64,000 bases of DNA. It comes from Eledone cirrhosa (taxonomy: Eukaryota). The position numbers and the translations under genes were made by a program. Shown one piece after another: positions 1 through 14,972 of this stretch; position 1 is the first letter of the stretch, and each line of letters starts with the position of its first letter. The stretch covers positions 35,588,001 to 35,652,000 of the forward strand of contig OZ024754.1 in NCBI GenBank assembly GCA_964016885.1, given 5' to 3'. The notes under the pieces are model-generated. The model was given only the letters and a program-made list of their open reading frames with translations. It did not search any database and was not told the origin of the DNA.

Positions 1-1104
1 TGGTTAGAACGTTTGTCGTGTAACCAGCAGCTCGCGGGTTCGAATTCACTGCGTCAGATCTTGAGCAAGTGTCTTTATCATAGATTTTGGTCAGCCTAAG
101 ACTTGCAATGAAATTGTGTAAAAGTCCATCAGATAGATTTTAGATTTAATTCAAAGGTCTATCCTTGTTACATACTGTGTCACACTAACTCATATTAGGA
201 ATCACGTTAACACTTTCGTTACCATATTTCTAATAAAAGACACCACCTATGAGTTTCTGTCAGGAGTTGCGACCGGTAGATAGTAACAGCAATGGAAAAA
301 CCATTGGAAACTTTGTTTCCTTGGACCGATTTGACGAATTCCACACCATTCGGTAAGTGAATGATGTCTGGGATCTTGTCAATCGTCCGTATTATGATAT
401 ATTCAAAATGTTCAACTAATTTGGAGACTGATTGAGAATTTGGAAAGACTTCGTAATATAACTTTCGATATAGAGTTACGGTCCTTTATATTTTGAGTTC
501 AAATTCCGCTGAGGTTTTTACAGGGTTGATAAAATAAAGTACCAGTAACGCACTGGGATCCTTTTAATCGACTTTCTCTTCTTCCAAATTGTTGGCCTTG
601 TGTCTAGACCAGAAACCATTATTAAACTTGTGTTTCGGACATAACTTAAAAAAAGTTCTTGCATCAAAATACGAGGGAAAAGGTTTTAGGTCAATATAAA
701 CTCTTTAAAACAAGCCCATCATTTTATCGTAGAACAAGGGTCGGCTTCGGGCGATTTCATATCAAAATGGTTAAGGGTACACGTGTCATTAGAATACTCA
801 ACCGTTTACGCATTTATACACGAGTTATATGAGGGTCGGCTGAAAAGTTTATTGGCTGATTATGAAGGAGTGATGCTAGAGCTGTAAAATCTTGCATTCA
901 TGGGACCATACCATCCCAATATTTGAATGTCGTATCGTGAAAAAATGCTGGAAGCCACTGTTTTAATCCATACCAGACGTTCCATAAAGTTTGCAGACTT
1001 GAACAAAGGAAGGGAGCAGAGGTGGGCTAGTTAGCATAGATCTGTGATGGGAGCCTCTTTCTCCAAAGTTTTAGTTCCTTTATTCTGTTCTGTTAATTGC
1101 ACGT

Positions 1105-1500
1105 ACGAGGGTAGGCTGAACAATCCCTAGGCTGACTATGAAGCTGTCTATGACTTTACCGCTATGAAATCTTGCATGCATTAATTTCAACTCTTCTTAT
1201 TAATAATTGTTTCTACTTTTGGCACAAGGCCAGCAATTACCCAGTGTATTACTGGTACTTTATTTTATCAACCCCATAAGGATGAAAGGCAAAGTTAACC
1301 TCGGCGGGATTTGAACTCAGAATGGCAAGGGCCGTAACTCTATACGTCAAAGCATGGCGTCCGACCCTCTACCGATACTGCCAATCCACTCTTCTTATTA
1401 ATAATTGCATTGTTTCTTTCTTTCCAGAGATTATGTTGAAAAATAAACCACATTTAATCATTCCCTGTGAGTATTGTCGTCGGCCTATGAACCATTCATC
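1105..1500 (+). mobile_element. Mariner-like element left end, interrupted by a SINE
   Basis: TACGAGGGTAGGCTGAA terminus; related pieces at 829-905 and 15285-15440. Confidence 0.55.
1204..1388 (-). mobile_element. tRNA-derived SINE family A (about 190 bp)
   Basis: Reverse complement has A-box-like TGGCAGTATCGG and B-box GAGTTCAAATCC, then GCCTTTCATCCTTAYGGGGTYGATAAAATAAAGTACCAG; 20-bp flanking direct repeat. Confidence 0.9.
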
Positions 1501-2799
1501 AAACCCTATTATATACAATTGATCTAACTACAGGATGCTTGTCGTTGAAACCGACAAAGTTGTTATCTTTGTAACTCCAATGTTGTTCCAGGTATTAGTT
1601 AACATAATAAATACTCCATGTAATTAAAACATAGATGATAATTTAAAAAAAAAACGTTAATTGGAAAGCTTAAAGTACCCAAATAATGAGATTGTGTTTA
1701 TTTAGCCTAATTTATCTAATCGTTTATTGACGGACACGAAGTGAATTAATATTTGGTTTTTATGTTGATTCGAGTCATTAGGACGTGATATAGAAATATT
1801 TGCAGCATTCTTTCCGGTCTGGTTTTCTGCGTTCCGAGTTCAAGTCCCACAGCAATCAGCTTTGCCGTTCATCTTTTCGAGGTCGATAAAAGAAGTACCA
1901 GTTTAGTACTAGAGTTGATTCTTGCTCTATATCTCTTTTTCGCTGCGATGCCCTTTCCTTATTCTATAAGAAATTGGAAGTGTTAAGATCTGGAAAGGGG
2001 ATAGGCTAGCTACCATCTGTTATTTATGATAACCTCTGTCAACTCACACGTAGTCATAGCTGCACAACCAGTAATTCACGGGGAAAATTTCACTACGGTA
2101 GATCTCGGGCATGAGACGCCGTATATCACTGCAGCGCCCTTACGACTCTACTAGGAGTTACGGGTCGATGCATACATATATACATGGTGGCTGCCAACTC
2201 GTTTTCGAGTACGGCCACTACTTTATATCCATGTAGGAGAACCCCGACCGATGCGCTGAACAAGTGTGACTTTTTAGTTCAACTAGTGACTTGAAAACCC
2301 TGGTACAAACACTACACTTGTGACAATTATTGACACATAGTGCTGGACCCATGGTACCATGTGACGACAAGTTCAGAGAGATCTCCAGATATAAAGCAAT
2401 GCCTGTGCCGTGAAGCTTTTATAGTGAGCAAAGGCACTGCACAAAGCCAGTCCCACTTTCTTAACCAAGATGATATTTACCAAAAAGAAGAACAAGTCAA
2501 CATCATTGGATACCATCAGGGTTGCAGGTGTTATATCAGAGTTTTTCTTCTCCTAGAATTCTGCCTTGACAAAGGCTAAGGGGTCATCTCTCCTGGTGAT
2601 TTTGGATGGCCATTGACTCTTAAGAGCTCCTTTGCCCTTTGACAGGTTTTGTTTTTAGTCCTGCAGGATGTCCAAAGTCACCCTCCTCACCAAGAAACCT
2701 TGGTGGGGTTGCCAGTTTAGTCGCCAACGACCCGACCATGAGACAGGTTGTACTGGGATACATGTTACCAGTAGCATCAACTGGTGACCTGACCATAAT

Positions 2800-3266
2800 A
2801 TATACATACATACATATATACACACACATACATACACATACATATACACACACATACATACACACATACAAACACACACATACACACATACATAAACGCG
2901 CACACACACATACATATATACATACGTACATAAATACATATACATACACACATACGTACATATATATGCACACACATACATACAATCATCCATACATACA
3001 CACATAGATACACACACACACAGGCATATATACACACACACATTTCTACATACACACATACACGCATACATGCATACATACATACATACATACACACATA
3101 CATGCATTCATCCATCCATCCATATGTACATACAGGCACATGCATCAATCCATCCATACATACATACATACACATACAAACATACATACATACATACACA
3201 TACAAACATACATACATACATACACATACATACACATACATACACATACATACATACATACATACA

Positions 3267-3300
<34 letters not shown>

Positions 3301-3601
3301 GATCCATCCATACATACATACATACATACATATATACATCCATCCATCCATACATACATACATACATACATACATACATACATACATACACATACAAACA
3401 TACATACATACACATACATACACATACATACACATACATACACATACGGACAAACATACATACATACATACATACATACATACATACATACACACATATA
3501 TACATCCATCCATCCATACATACATACACACATACATACATACATATATACATCCATCCATCCATCCATACATACATACATACATCCATCCATACATACA
3601 T
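2800..3601. repeat. (TACA)n/(CATC)n compound microsatellite
   Basis: Direct inspection. Confidence 0.95.
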
Positions 3602-4149
3602 TATCATAAAATCGATGTAACTCATCTATATTCGTAGTTCGAACATAAAACTGCTTGGCTGGGACGCTGGATCGTTGAATAGTTTATTTCTTTCCCTTTA
3701 AGTCTGATCTTTATAATTCCACCATTAACTGGTTTATATCCACACAAGAACTCTGGTTCTATTCAACCACCATTTGGATATAAAACCCATCAATAAGCAA
3801 AAAGACCAACATTGAAATTGCTGCACACCGATATTTCAAATAGCGAAATGTTTCGTTTTTTATTTCGTTTCTTTTCGCTTTTCAAAATGGATGACAAAAA
3901 AACAAAAAAACTGCAAGTACTTTCTCCCCTATAAATGACATTTTTTTCCACCATTTTATATTTTACTCTTATCTGTTTTCCTGTTTCTTCTCTCTCCCAA
4001 ACAACCTCTTTTATTTCATCATCTTCTAATGAGAGACTAGCGTCCGAAACGTTAAGACTCTTTTCCAATTATATCACACGTTAGACTAATATGACATAAA
4101 TTGCCTTGTATTTTACTCCTGTGTAAGTTGTCCTTGTTGCATCTTTTCA

Positions 4150-4620
4150 CATGCGGTTCTGTGATTGTGGTTTGCAGTATTTTTTCTAATGATTTCGGCT
4201 GTTAATAAATCTTAATAAAGAATATTTTACAATAGGGTTTTTTAATACCCCGTAGATAGAACAACCCTCAACTTCAGGAGCGTGTTGTGCAAGTGCTCCT
4301 TTCCTCCTTTTGTTCTCATCTTCAACCTGCAGGTTTATATACAGAGAAGACCCAATCACTCGGACCATTTTTGCTACATTCACCCACCTTTCAGTAAATT
4401 TAGTGGGGTGCAGTGCCTCTCTCTCCACTCTGATTCTCCTTCTAAAGTGGTATCTAAAGAAGGGAATGAGTTGTTGTCCGGAGAGAAAGGCATCTGTCCT
4501 CAGTCCTCTCAATCTCGTCCACCATATAATTTCTTTCACCATAGTCACTATACAGAGGAAAACCGCCTCTCTTTCGTTTTTGAAAGAAGTTGGCGGTTTG
4601 ATCCTTATTTATAAGAGACT
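4150..4620 (-). mobile_element. Tx1/L1-like LINE ORF2 C-terminus and 3' UTR remnant
   Basis: EAVFLCIVTMVKEIIWWTRLRGL…FFRYHFRRRIRVERE…FTERWVNVAKM; homologous to 42947-43533 and 10518-10790. Confidence 0.7.
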
Positions 4621-5814
4621 TTTCATTGTTTTATCTTTTTGTAGTATAGGTACGTTTAGTTGTATGTGTGTACAGATTTCTGTGTTTTGGGGCATGAAGG
4701 TTGAGATGTATGGAATGACGGTTTTTTTTTGGGGGGGGGGGGGTCTCAGAGGACTTGAATATTAATATTTTTTTGTTTGTTTTTTGAATGCTATCATTGA
4801 TTAAATGAGAGGGTATTTTCTCTTGATGTATATATCATTCATCTCCTCCAGTCTGTGGTCCCTTGTGTTTGAAACTATTGTGCAGATTCGTTGACCTTTG
4901 CCTTTCCTTTGGACAAAATTGGTACCGTGAAAAGTTGGACTGACCTGCATGGACGACTGTTGCCTTTCTACAAAACACCTTACCCAGGTTTTTGCCTTGG
5001 AGAGGAACTTAGCAGATGTAAACTCCTGGCCAGTCATGACGTAGCCCATAAAATAGTGATTATATATCGAGATATAATCACTATCTTATATGTAAACATT
5101 CATTTAAGACTCTACTTCATGAAATGAAAGGTAAGGAAGGATTACATTTGTGTGAGCGAGTTTGATGTTTGAGATATAAACAGTATCTTATCATGTGACA
5201 CCATTCTTGAGATTTACTTTCGAATTAGTTCTTCATCAAACGTTATTGGTTTGCTTGAATCCAAAAACTAATATTGGTCCTTTGAATATTTCTGTAGACT
5301 TTAGGATCCACAAGTCAGACGTAGCTCTGTATATCGATTTATAATCAATATTTTATTTTGTATTTTCATTTCTAAGAAGATTGTCGTTATAATTACACGA
5401 TTCCCACACCTCTTTCTTTCTTTCTCTCTCTCTCTCTCTCCCCCCCTCTCTATCTCTCTCTCTCCCCCTCCCCCCCCTCTCTCTCTCTCTCTCCCTCTCT
5501 CTCTCTTCAGTTATCAGCTGATGAGATTTCTCAGGAAAATTTATTCAATGGCTGATATATATTTTTTGTTTGTTTTTTGTGCTATTTCTCTCTTTGAAAT
5601 TTTGCTCGTTCTTTAATTATCTCTGTAATTCTTCATTGTTTTAAGTTAATGGTAAGGTATTCACCGAAATATAATCTTATTTTATATCCAACAAGAATTG
5701 CAATAATAAACCTCTGAGTCAAACCTGATTGGCTCAATTTGATTGGTTCAATTTTAATCAGAAAATGAAATTGAAAATTTTAATTGACTTCTCTATGTTT
5801 CCTTAGTATTGTAC

Positions 5815-6750
5815 CTTTAGCCTATAAATACTATAATACTACACCCTATAGCCTATACATACTGTAATTATATTAAAATATTTACTCACTGCACCCTGTA
5901 CCTATAGCCTATACATGTCATCTTCCTATTAAAATATTTACTGACTACACCCTACACCTATAGCCTATACATGTCATCTTCCTATTAAAATATTTACTGA
6001 CTACACCCTACACCTATAGCCTATACATGTCATCTTTCTATTAAAATATTTACTGACTACACCCTACACATATAGCCTATACATACCATCTTCCTATTAA
6101 ACTATGTACACACTAGACCTATGGTCTATATATGGCATCTTCCTATTAACAAATCTTACACACTTCACCTATAGCCTATACATGGCATCTTCCTATTAAC
6201 AAATCTTACACACTTCACCTATAGCCTACACATGACATCTTACTATTAACAAATCTTACACACTTCACCTATAGCCTATACATGGCATCTTCCTATTAAC
6301 AAATCTTACACACTTCACCTATAGCCTACACATGACATCTTACTATTAACAAATCTTACACACTTCATCTATAGCCTATACATGGCATCTTCCTATTAAC
6401 AAATCTACACACTTCACCTATAGCCTACACATGACATCTTACTATTAACAAATCTTACACACTTCACCTATAGCCTATACATGGCATCTTCCTATTAACA
6501 AATCTTACACACTTCACCTATAGCCTACACATGACATCTTCCTATTAACAAATCTTACACACTTCACCTATAGCCTACACATGACATCTTCCTATTAACA
6601 AATCTTACACACTTCACCTATAGTCTACACATGACATCTTACTATTAACAAATCTTACACACTTCACCTAAAGCCTATACATGGCATCTTCCTATTAACA
6701 AACCTCACACGCTGTACCTATAGCCTGTACATACTATTCCTCCTATTAAA
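5815..6750. repeat. 56-bp then 50-bp minisatellite
   Basis: Core CCTATAGCCTAYACATGRCATCTTMCTATTAA. Confidence 0.95.
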
Positions 6751-7056
6751 ATATCTAATATATACGTATCACCTTTATTCCATTACATTAGGTACAACAC
6801 CGCAACATAACATTTCCAAACAATAGAACCAGTGAAACAACAATAAATGTGCTCCGAGATATGTTAAGCTTTCATTGAATTTATCGTTAATAAGATTGAT
6901 ATTTTCAAATGACACTGAAAACACATCTAATAGAGAGACATGTTTATCATTGTTACAAGAAGCAATGGTAGATATTACATCTTTCTACGAGAGTCGGCTG
7001 AAATGCTCACTCATAGACTGACAAAGATTGTAGTCCTGAAACTGAATACAACGCTG

Positions 7057-7627
<571 letters not shown>

Positions 7628-7877
7628 TTAAATGACCATCATGACTCAATAGTGTCCACAGTAATTATTTATAAATTCTATTCCATTAATTTCCACTATT
7701 TCCTATATAATTAGTACCGTTTCTAGTTTAACAATTTGTCCTATTTCCGTTAATATTATTGTTAAACATCCATGGAGTTTCGTCTCATTTACAATCCATA
7801 ATCCCATTCACATTATTATTATTATTATTTGAGGAAAATTTTTGTTGTTAACTGTTGATAAGTGCATATATCATATA

Positions 7878-8200
7878 TTGCTTTCTTATATAGGCACAAG
7901 GCCAGCAATTTTGGGGGAGGGGAAAGTCGATTAAATCGACCCCATTGCGTGACTGGTACTTTATTTTATCGACCCCGTAAGGATGAAAGGCAAAGTTAAC
8001 CTGGATTGCTCTCTAAAAAGGACACTCTATAATATTTGTTTCTACTTTTGGCACAAGGCCAGCAATTATCTCAGTGCATTACTGGTACTTTATTTTATCG
8101 ACCTCCGTAAGGATGAAAGGCAAAGTTAACCTCGGCAGGATTTGAACTCAGAAAGGCAAGGGCCGTAACTCTATGTGTCAAAGCATGGCGTCCGACCCTC
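7878..8200 (-). mobile_element. Two SINE family A(-related) fragments
   Basis: GGCACAAGGCCAGCAATT…GGATGAAAGGCAAAGTTAACCT occurs twice. Confidence 0.85.
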
Positions 8201-8502
8201 TATATTGATCTTTATTCTTTAAAAACATTTTTGACAAAATATATGGACGGAATACGCAACCCAAAGTTAAGCCAGCTGTCACATGACGACCCAAATGTTG
8301 ACACCGCCCCCACCACCACCACCATTATGAACTGTGTTACCATTACCAGCACGACAGACAGCATCGACGACAACAACAACCGCAACAACAACTAAAATGA
8401 ATCACGTGGTATCCAGTGCAGCAACTACAAACAAAATAGATTTTCCACCTTTGCAATATTTCTCAGTTCCTTAACGCCCCCCGCCCCCCAACACTATAAA
8501 CT

Positions 8503-9140
8503 CACACACATTGGGTGATAGACACACACACACACATTGGGTGACATACACACACACACACATTGGGTGACAGACACACACGCACACATTGGGTGACAGA
8601 CATACATTGGGTGACAGACACACACACACACATTGGGTGACAGGCACACACACACATTGGGTGACAGACACACACACACACATTGGGTGACAGACACACA
8701 CACACACGCATTGGGTGACAGACACACACACACATTGGGTGACAGACACATACACACACACATTGGGTGACAGACACACACACACATTGGGTGACAGACA
8801 CATACACATTGGGTGACACACACACACACACATTGGGTGACAGACACACACACACATTGGGTGACAGACACACACACACACATTGGGTGACAGACACACA
8901 CACACATTGGGTGACAGACACACACACATTGGGTGACAGACACACACACACATTGGGTGACAGACACACACACACATTGGGTGACAGACACACACACACA
9001 TTGGGTGACACACACATACACACACACATTGGGTGACAGACACACGCACACATTGGGTGACAGACACACACACACATTGGGTGACAGACACACACACACA
9101 TTGGGTGACAGACACACACACACATTGGGTGACAGGCACA
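8503..9140. repeat. TTGGGTGACAGA(CA)n minisatellite, about 20-28 bp units
   Basis: Direct inspection. Confidence 0.95.
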
Positions 9141-9989
9141 TACATCCATACATACGTACCACAGGCAACTGTGCGAGAACACAAAATAAATAAGCTGGAC
9201 AACAATAATAGTAACAACAACATCAACAACGATGTAACAATAACAATGACAACAACAATGACAATAAGAATAACAACAACAGTAACAACAACAATAACAA
9301 CAACAGCAACAATAACAACAGCAACAATAAGAATAACAACAACAACAACAATAACAATAACAACAACACCAACAATAACAACAACAGCAACAATAACAAC
9401 AACAGCAACAATAAGAATAACGACAACAGTAACAATAACAACAACAGCAGCAATAAGAATGACACAACAGCAACAATAACAACAATAGCAACAATAACAA
9501 TAACAACAGCAACATTAACAATAACAACAACAGCAACAATAACAATAGCAACAACAGCAACAATAAGAATAACAACAACCGCAACAGCAGCGCATGCCCA
9601 GACCTCTCTTTTGCGAGAGCTGCAAACAAAAATGAAACGGTCGGAGTGACCCACGAGGAAATGGATGAAGCCAGGCAAATGTAAAAGAAAGTGGACACAG
9701 GGTCAGTTTCACTCCTCCACCAGACATCATGGACACAGGGTCAGCTTCACTCCTTCATCATGGATACAGGATCAGCCTCACTCCTCCATCATGGATACAG
9801 GATCAGCCTCACTCCTCCATCAGACATCATAGAATACAACATTCTGCAGCTTGAATTTTTTTACTGATCTACAGCCTTGGGTCAAGCGAAGACGTAGACT
9901 TTCTTCTGACATCTGGAATTTTGTCAGGCGCTCACATCTTCCTATTAGTAGTGCAATTCTGTCTGTAGAAATTCCATATTAGCATTCCG

Positions 9990-10790
9990 TAGAGGACTAG
10001 TGGTGGGCAAGAGCGAGGATGTTCTCGGAGAAACTCTGGGCGTCGACCAGAATGAAGAGACCAGTCTTTTCCAGAAGCTCAAAGATTATGGACAATTTCC
10101 AGAAATCCTTGACCTGGTAATGTTACGACAGGCACTACTAGTTCGAGATAAACTTTACTGGCATGGAAGTGCTACCAGATGGGCCTGTTCGAAATGTGTA
10201 CCGATCGATAAAAATGTTCTGCTCGCATTCGTCCAATATCTGTGCATTACTAACTCGTGAAACTTTGTCAAACAACGATTGTCACGTGTAGGACAGAGCC
10301 GGCTATCAGCCGACTCCACCATGAAAATCGCCTCGCCGCATTCTTTTGTGAAACAGCGATTGTCACGTGTCGTTTAGGACAGAGCCGGCTATCAGCCGAC
10401 TCCGCCATGAAAATCGCCTCGCCGCATTCTTTTGTGAAACAGCGATTGTCACGTGTCGTTTAGGACAGAGCCGGCTATCAGCCGACTCTATCACGAAGAT
10501 CGCCTCGCCGCATTCTGTTGTCTGGTAAGAGCAGGTTTTTGTTCCTCTGTCTAGTGGCGATGGTGAAACAGGTTGTGCGATGGAGGAAACTGAATAGACC
10601 GAAGACTGACATATTCCTCTTCGGCCAAGCCTTCATCGATTTTTTTCAAGTTCAACTTGTAAAGGAAGATGAGTGGGAGATGGAAGTGCTGCCGCGCCAA
10701 CGTATATTTATTAAACGGTGGTTGAATGTAGCGAGAATGGCTCTAAATACGCGCCTGTCGGCTGGAGAGATCAGAGAGGAGAAAGGTATT
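9990..10790 (+). mobile_element. Tx1/L1-like LINE remnant (zinc-finger region) with 86-bp x3 internal tandem repeat
   Basis: ALLVRDKLYWHG…CSKC…, then FLFLCLVAMVKQVVRW…FIKRWLNVARM; GAGCCGGCTATCAGCC at 10296, 10382 and 10468. Confidence 0.65.
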
Positions 10791-11041
10791 TTCCTATGGA
10801 ACTAAATCTTTGGAGAATGAGGCTCCCATCACAGATCTATGCCAACTGGCCCACTTCTGCTCCCTTCCTTTGTTCTAGTCTGCAGACTTTATGGAACTTC
10901 TGGTAAGGATTAAAACTTTGGGATATGTAGGATTCCTAAATTACTCTTGGATGGTCCTCGTGAAAAGATTTTGGGCGGCACAACCATTTCATCCAGACAC
11001 ACTGCGTTTCTTTCCTGCAAGAGTTGACTTGCATTAATTTA

Positions 11042-11232
11042 GGTGGATTGGCAGTATCGGTAGAGGATCGGACGCCATGCTTTGCAGCAAAGAGTTACGG
11101 CCCTTTATGGTCTGAGTTCAAATCCCACCGATGTTAACCTTGTCTTTCATCCTTACGGGGGTCGATAAAATAAAGTACCAGTAATACACTGGGATAATTG
11201 CTGGCCTTGTGCCAAAAGCGGAAACAATTAAT
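11042..11232 (+). mobile_element. SINE family A
   Basis: GGTGGATTGGCAGTATCGGTAG…GAGTTCAAATCC…GAAACAATTA. Confidence 0.9.
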
Positions 11233-11955
11233 TTAAACTGAACATCAATTGCAACAATCTCGTTGGTCTCAGAAGTCCTGTAAAGGTCAAGGGTAGCAAC
11301 AATTTCTGCATTAGTCGACAGATAATAATCTAAACTGAACACATCGACTGCATCTAATCGATCTCGGAAGTCCTTCAAAGGGATACAGGTACAGACCTTT
11401 TTCCTACAAATGTAGCCCCCCCCCCAAAAAAAAAAAAAACAACAACACCAGTTTGACCAAAGGCTGAATGCTTGGATGAGTACAACACAAAGGATATCGC
11501 GGGTACTTCATGTTGAAATACAACAAATACAATCCCAATTTTTTTAACAGGGTGGATGTGTCTGTGAAACACATACATATACAGCAGGTCCGAACACAAA
11601 GGAGCCAAACTCCCACAGTCAATACCAACACTTTGACATAGTAAACCAAGCAAGTAATGTCAAAGTGGACAACAACAACAACAACAACAGCAACAACAAC
11701 AACAGCAACAACAACCATCTTACTACAAGTTAAAAGAGATTATGATCCCCTCTCCCTCCTACTATAGACATACTGAAAGTGATTCTTTCAAAGAGATTCC
11801 GCATCACCTCTCTTCTCTTCTGTCTAGCTATGGTCCTCCCCCCTGCACCTCCACCTTCTCCCCCTCCACCTCCTCCTCCTCATCATCATCATCATCATCA
11901 ATGGAAGTGCTGCAACAACAATAACGGATTATAGTGAGTCATTAAATGCATTAAA

Positions 11956-11988
<33 letters not shown>

Positions 11989-12029
11989 TGAAATATAGTA
12001 AAACGTGTTTGGCTAGTTGATTCCTGGGA

Positions 12030-12973
12030 GGAGCGGTGTGAGGTGGTGGTGTGGTGAAGATGGGGGTGGCGGTGGTGGTAGTTGGGGGAGCGGTGTGAGG
12101 TGGTGGTGGTGTGGTGAAGATGGGGGTGGCGGTGGTGGTAGTTGGGGGGGGGGTGAAGTGGTGGTGGTGGTGGTGGTGGTAGTTGGGGGACTGGTGTGAG
12201 GTGGTGGTGTGATGGTGGCGGTGGCGGCGGTGAGGTGTGGAAGGAGTGGTGTGAGGTGGTGGTGTGGTGGTGGCGGTGGTGATGGTAGTTGGGGGAGTGG
12301 TGGTGTGAGGTGGTGGTGGTGGTGATGGTGGCGGTGGCGGTGGTGAGGTGTGGGGGTAATGTGAGGTGGTTGCGTGGTGAAGATGGGGGTGGCGGAGGTG
12401 GGGTGTGGGAGGCAGGGGTGTGTGTATGGGGGATGCGTGGTGTGGCGTGGTGAAGATGGTGAAGGCGATAGTGAGGTGGTGGGTGTCGGGTGTGGGAAGA
12501 GGGTGGGATTAGGGGAAAAAGAATATGACGAGTGCTGGACATTGGTAGGTCTGGATGTTAGAGAGAGGGGGGAAAGAGAGAGAGGTGGAGAGACAGGGAG
12601 AGATAGAGAGAGGGAACGAGAGGAGGAGAGGGAGAGAGAGGGGTGGAGAGACAGGGAGAGGTAGAGAGAGGGAAAGAGAGAGTGAGGGGGAGTAAGGTGG
12701 AGAGACAGGAAGAGATAGAGAGAGGGAAAGAGAGGGAGAGGGGGGAGAGAGGGGGGAGAGAGGGGGGAGAGACAGGGAGAGATAGAGAGAGGGAGAGGGG
12801 GAGAGAGGGGGGAGACAGGGAGAGTTAGAGAGAGAGAAAGAGAGGGGGGGAGACAGGGAGAGTTAGAGAGAGGGAAAGAGAGGGGAGAGAGGTGGAGAGA
12901 GAGGTGGAGAGACAGAGGTCTAGATAGACAGAGAGAGAGAGGGGGAAAGAGGTATAGATAGATAGAGGTATAG

Positions 12974-13013
<40 letters not shown>

Positions 13014-13650
13014 GGAAAGCGGTAGGGAGAGAAAGAGGTATAGATAAAGAGAGAAAGAGGGGGAGGGGAAAGAGGTATGGATAAAGAGAGAGAGAGAGAT
13101 AGAGAGGTAGAGATAGAGAGAGGGCGGGAGGAAAAGTGGTAGAGAGAGAAAGAAAAGAGGTAGAGATAAAGAGAGAGCGAGAGTGGGAGAGAGAGATAGA
13201 GAGAGAGAGACGGAAAGGGGTAGCTATGTCTGTCTGTGTGTGTGTGTCTGTGTGTGTGTGTGTGTCTGTGTGTGTGTGTGTGTGTGTGTGTCTGTGTGTG
13301 TGTGTCTGTGTGTGTGTGACTGCGTGTGTGTGAATGTGTATGTAGTAAGGATGTCATTCGGTGTGTATGTGTCTGTGTGACTGTGTGTGTGTGTGAATGT
13401 GTGTAGTAAGGATGTCATTTGGTGTGTATGTGTCTGTGTGACTGTGTGTGTGTGTGAATGTGTGTAGTAAGGATGTCATTTGGTGTGTATGTGTTTGTGT
13501 GTGTCTGTGTGTGTGTGACTGTGTGTGTGTGTGCGTGTGACTGTGTGTGTGTGTGTGACTGTGTGTGTGAATGTGTGTGTAGTAAGGATGTCATTCGGTG
13601 TATATGTTTATGTGTGGCTGTTCCTGTGTGTGTGTGTGTGTGTGTAGCTA
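12030..13650. repeat. G-rich (GGT)n, (GA)n and (GT)n low-complexity block
   Basis: Direct inspection. Confidence 0.9.
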
Positions 13651-13732
13651 TGTATCTGTGCATGTGTGTGTTATTGTTGCTATGTTTGTCTATTTTTATG
13701 TGTATGCACGTGTGGTTATGCGTACGGAGTGC

Positions 13733-14390
13733 CTGTCTCCCAATGTGTGTGTGTCTGTATTCCAATGTGTGAGTGTCTGTCTCCCAAAGTGTGTGTGTCT
13801 GTATTCCAATGTGTGAGTGTCTGTCTCCCAAAGTGTGTGTGTCTGTATTCCAATGTGTGAGTGTCTGTCTCCCAAAGTGTGTGTGTCTGTATTCCAATGT
13901 GTGAGTGTCTGTCTCCCAAAGTGTGTGTGTCTGTATTCCAATGTGTGAGTGTCTGTCTCCCAAAGTGTGTGTGTCTGTATTCCAATGTGTGAGTGTCTGT
14001 CTCCCAAAGTGTGTGTGTCTGTATTCCAATGTGTGAGTGTCTGTCTCCCAAAGTGTGTGTGTCTGTATTCCAATGTGTGAGTGTCTGTCTCCCAAAGTGT
14101 GTGTGTCTGTATTCCAATGTGTGAGTGTCTGTCTCCCAAAGTGTGTGTGTCTGTATTCCAATGTGTGAGTGTCTGTCTCCCAAAGTGTGTGTGTCTGTAT
14201 TCCAATGTGTGAGTGTCTGTCTCCCAAAGTGTGTGTGTCTGTATTCCAATGTGTGAGTGTCTGTCTCCCAAAGTGTGTGTGTCTGTATTCCAATGTGTGA
14301 GTGTCTGTCTCCCAAAGTGTGTGTGTCTGTATTCCAATGTGTGAGTGTCTGTCTCCCAAAGTGTGTGTGTCTGTATTCCAATGTGTGTGT
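13733..14390. repeat. 44-bp minisatellite, about 15 near-identical copies
   Basis: Unit GTGTCTGTCTCCCAAAGTGTGTGTGTCTGTATTCCAATGTGTGA. Confidence 0.97.
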
Positions 14391-14918
14391 GTGTTTTTGT
14401 GTGTGAGTTTAGAGTGTTGGTGGTGTTGGAGGAAAGAGATAGTTACATAGACAGAGGAAAATATAGAGATGGAGAAAGAGAGAGAGGAGGGAGAGAGAGA
14501 CAAAGAGAGAGAGAAAGAGAGATAGAGAGAGAGAGAGGGGGCAGGAGAGAGGAAGACAGACAAACAGAGATAGACAGAGAGAGATAGAGAGAGGGAGAGG
14601 GGAGAAAGACAGACAGACAGACAGAGAGAGACAGAGAGAGATAAAGAGAGAGAGAGAGGGGGGGGAGATAAAGACAGAGAGAGAGAGATAGAGAGAAATT
14701 GAGAAGGAGAATGCGTGTGGGGAAGTGATAGAGAGGTATAAGGAGATAGATAGACAGAGTGAGAGAGAGAGATGGAGAGAGAGAGGGAGAGAGGGAGAGA
14801 GAGATGTTAAAGTTATGACATGCATATTTTGCAGTAAATATTGATTATTACGCAACAACGATCAATATCCATATTTTCACACACACACACACACATACAT
14901 ATATATACACACACACAC

Positions 14919-14972
<54 letters not shown>

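Noticed and set aside
5519-5550. CTGATGA…GAAA motif and possible terminal exon after a pyrimidine tract
   Set aside because: No stem I pairing for a hammerhead; the peptide is short and unrecognisable.
8503-9140. CRISPR-like repeat-spacer look
   Set aside because: Spacers are just variable (CA)n; eukaryotic context and no cas genes.
11233-11404. Protein-like minus-strand frame LKDFRDRLDAVDVFSLDYY after a tttgtag acceptor
   Set aside because: Contains a degenerate internal duplication, runs into a SINE with no donor site, and matches no family I recognise.
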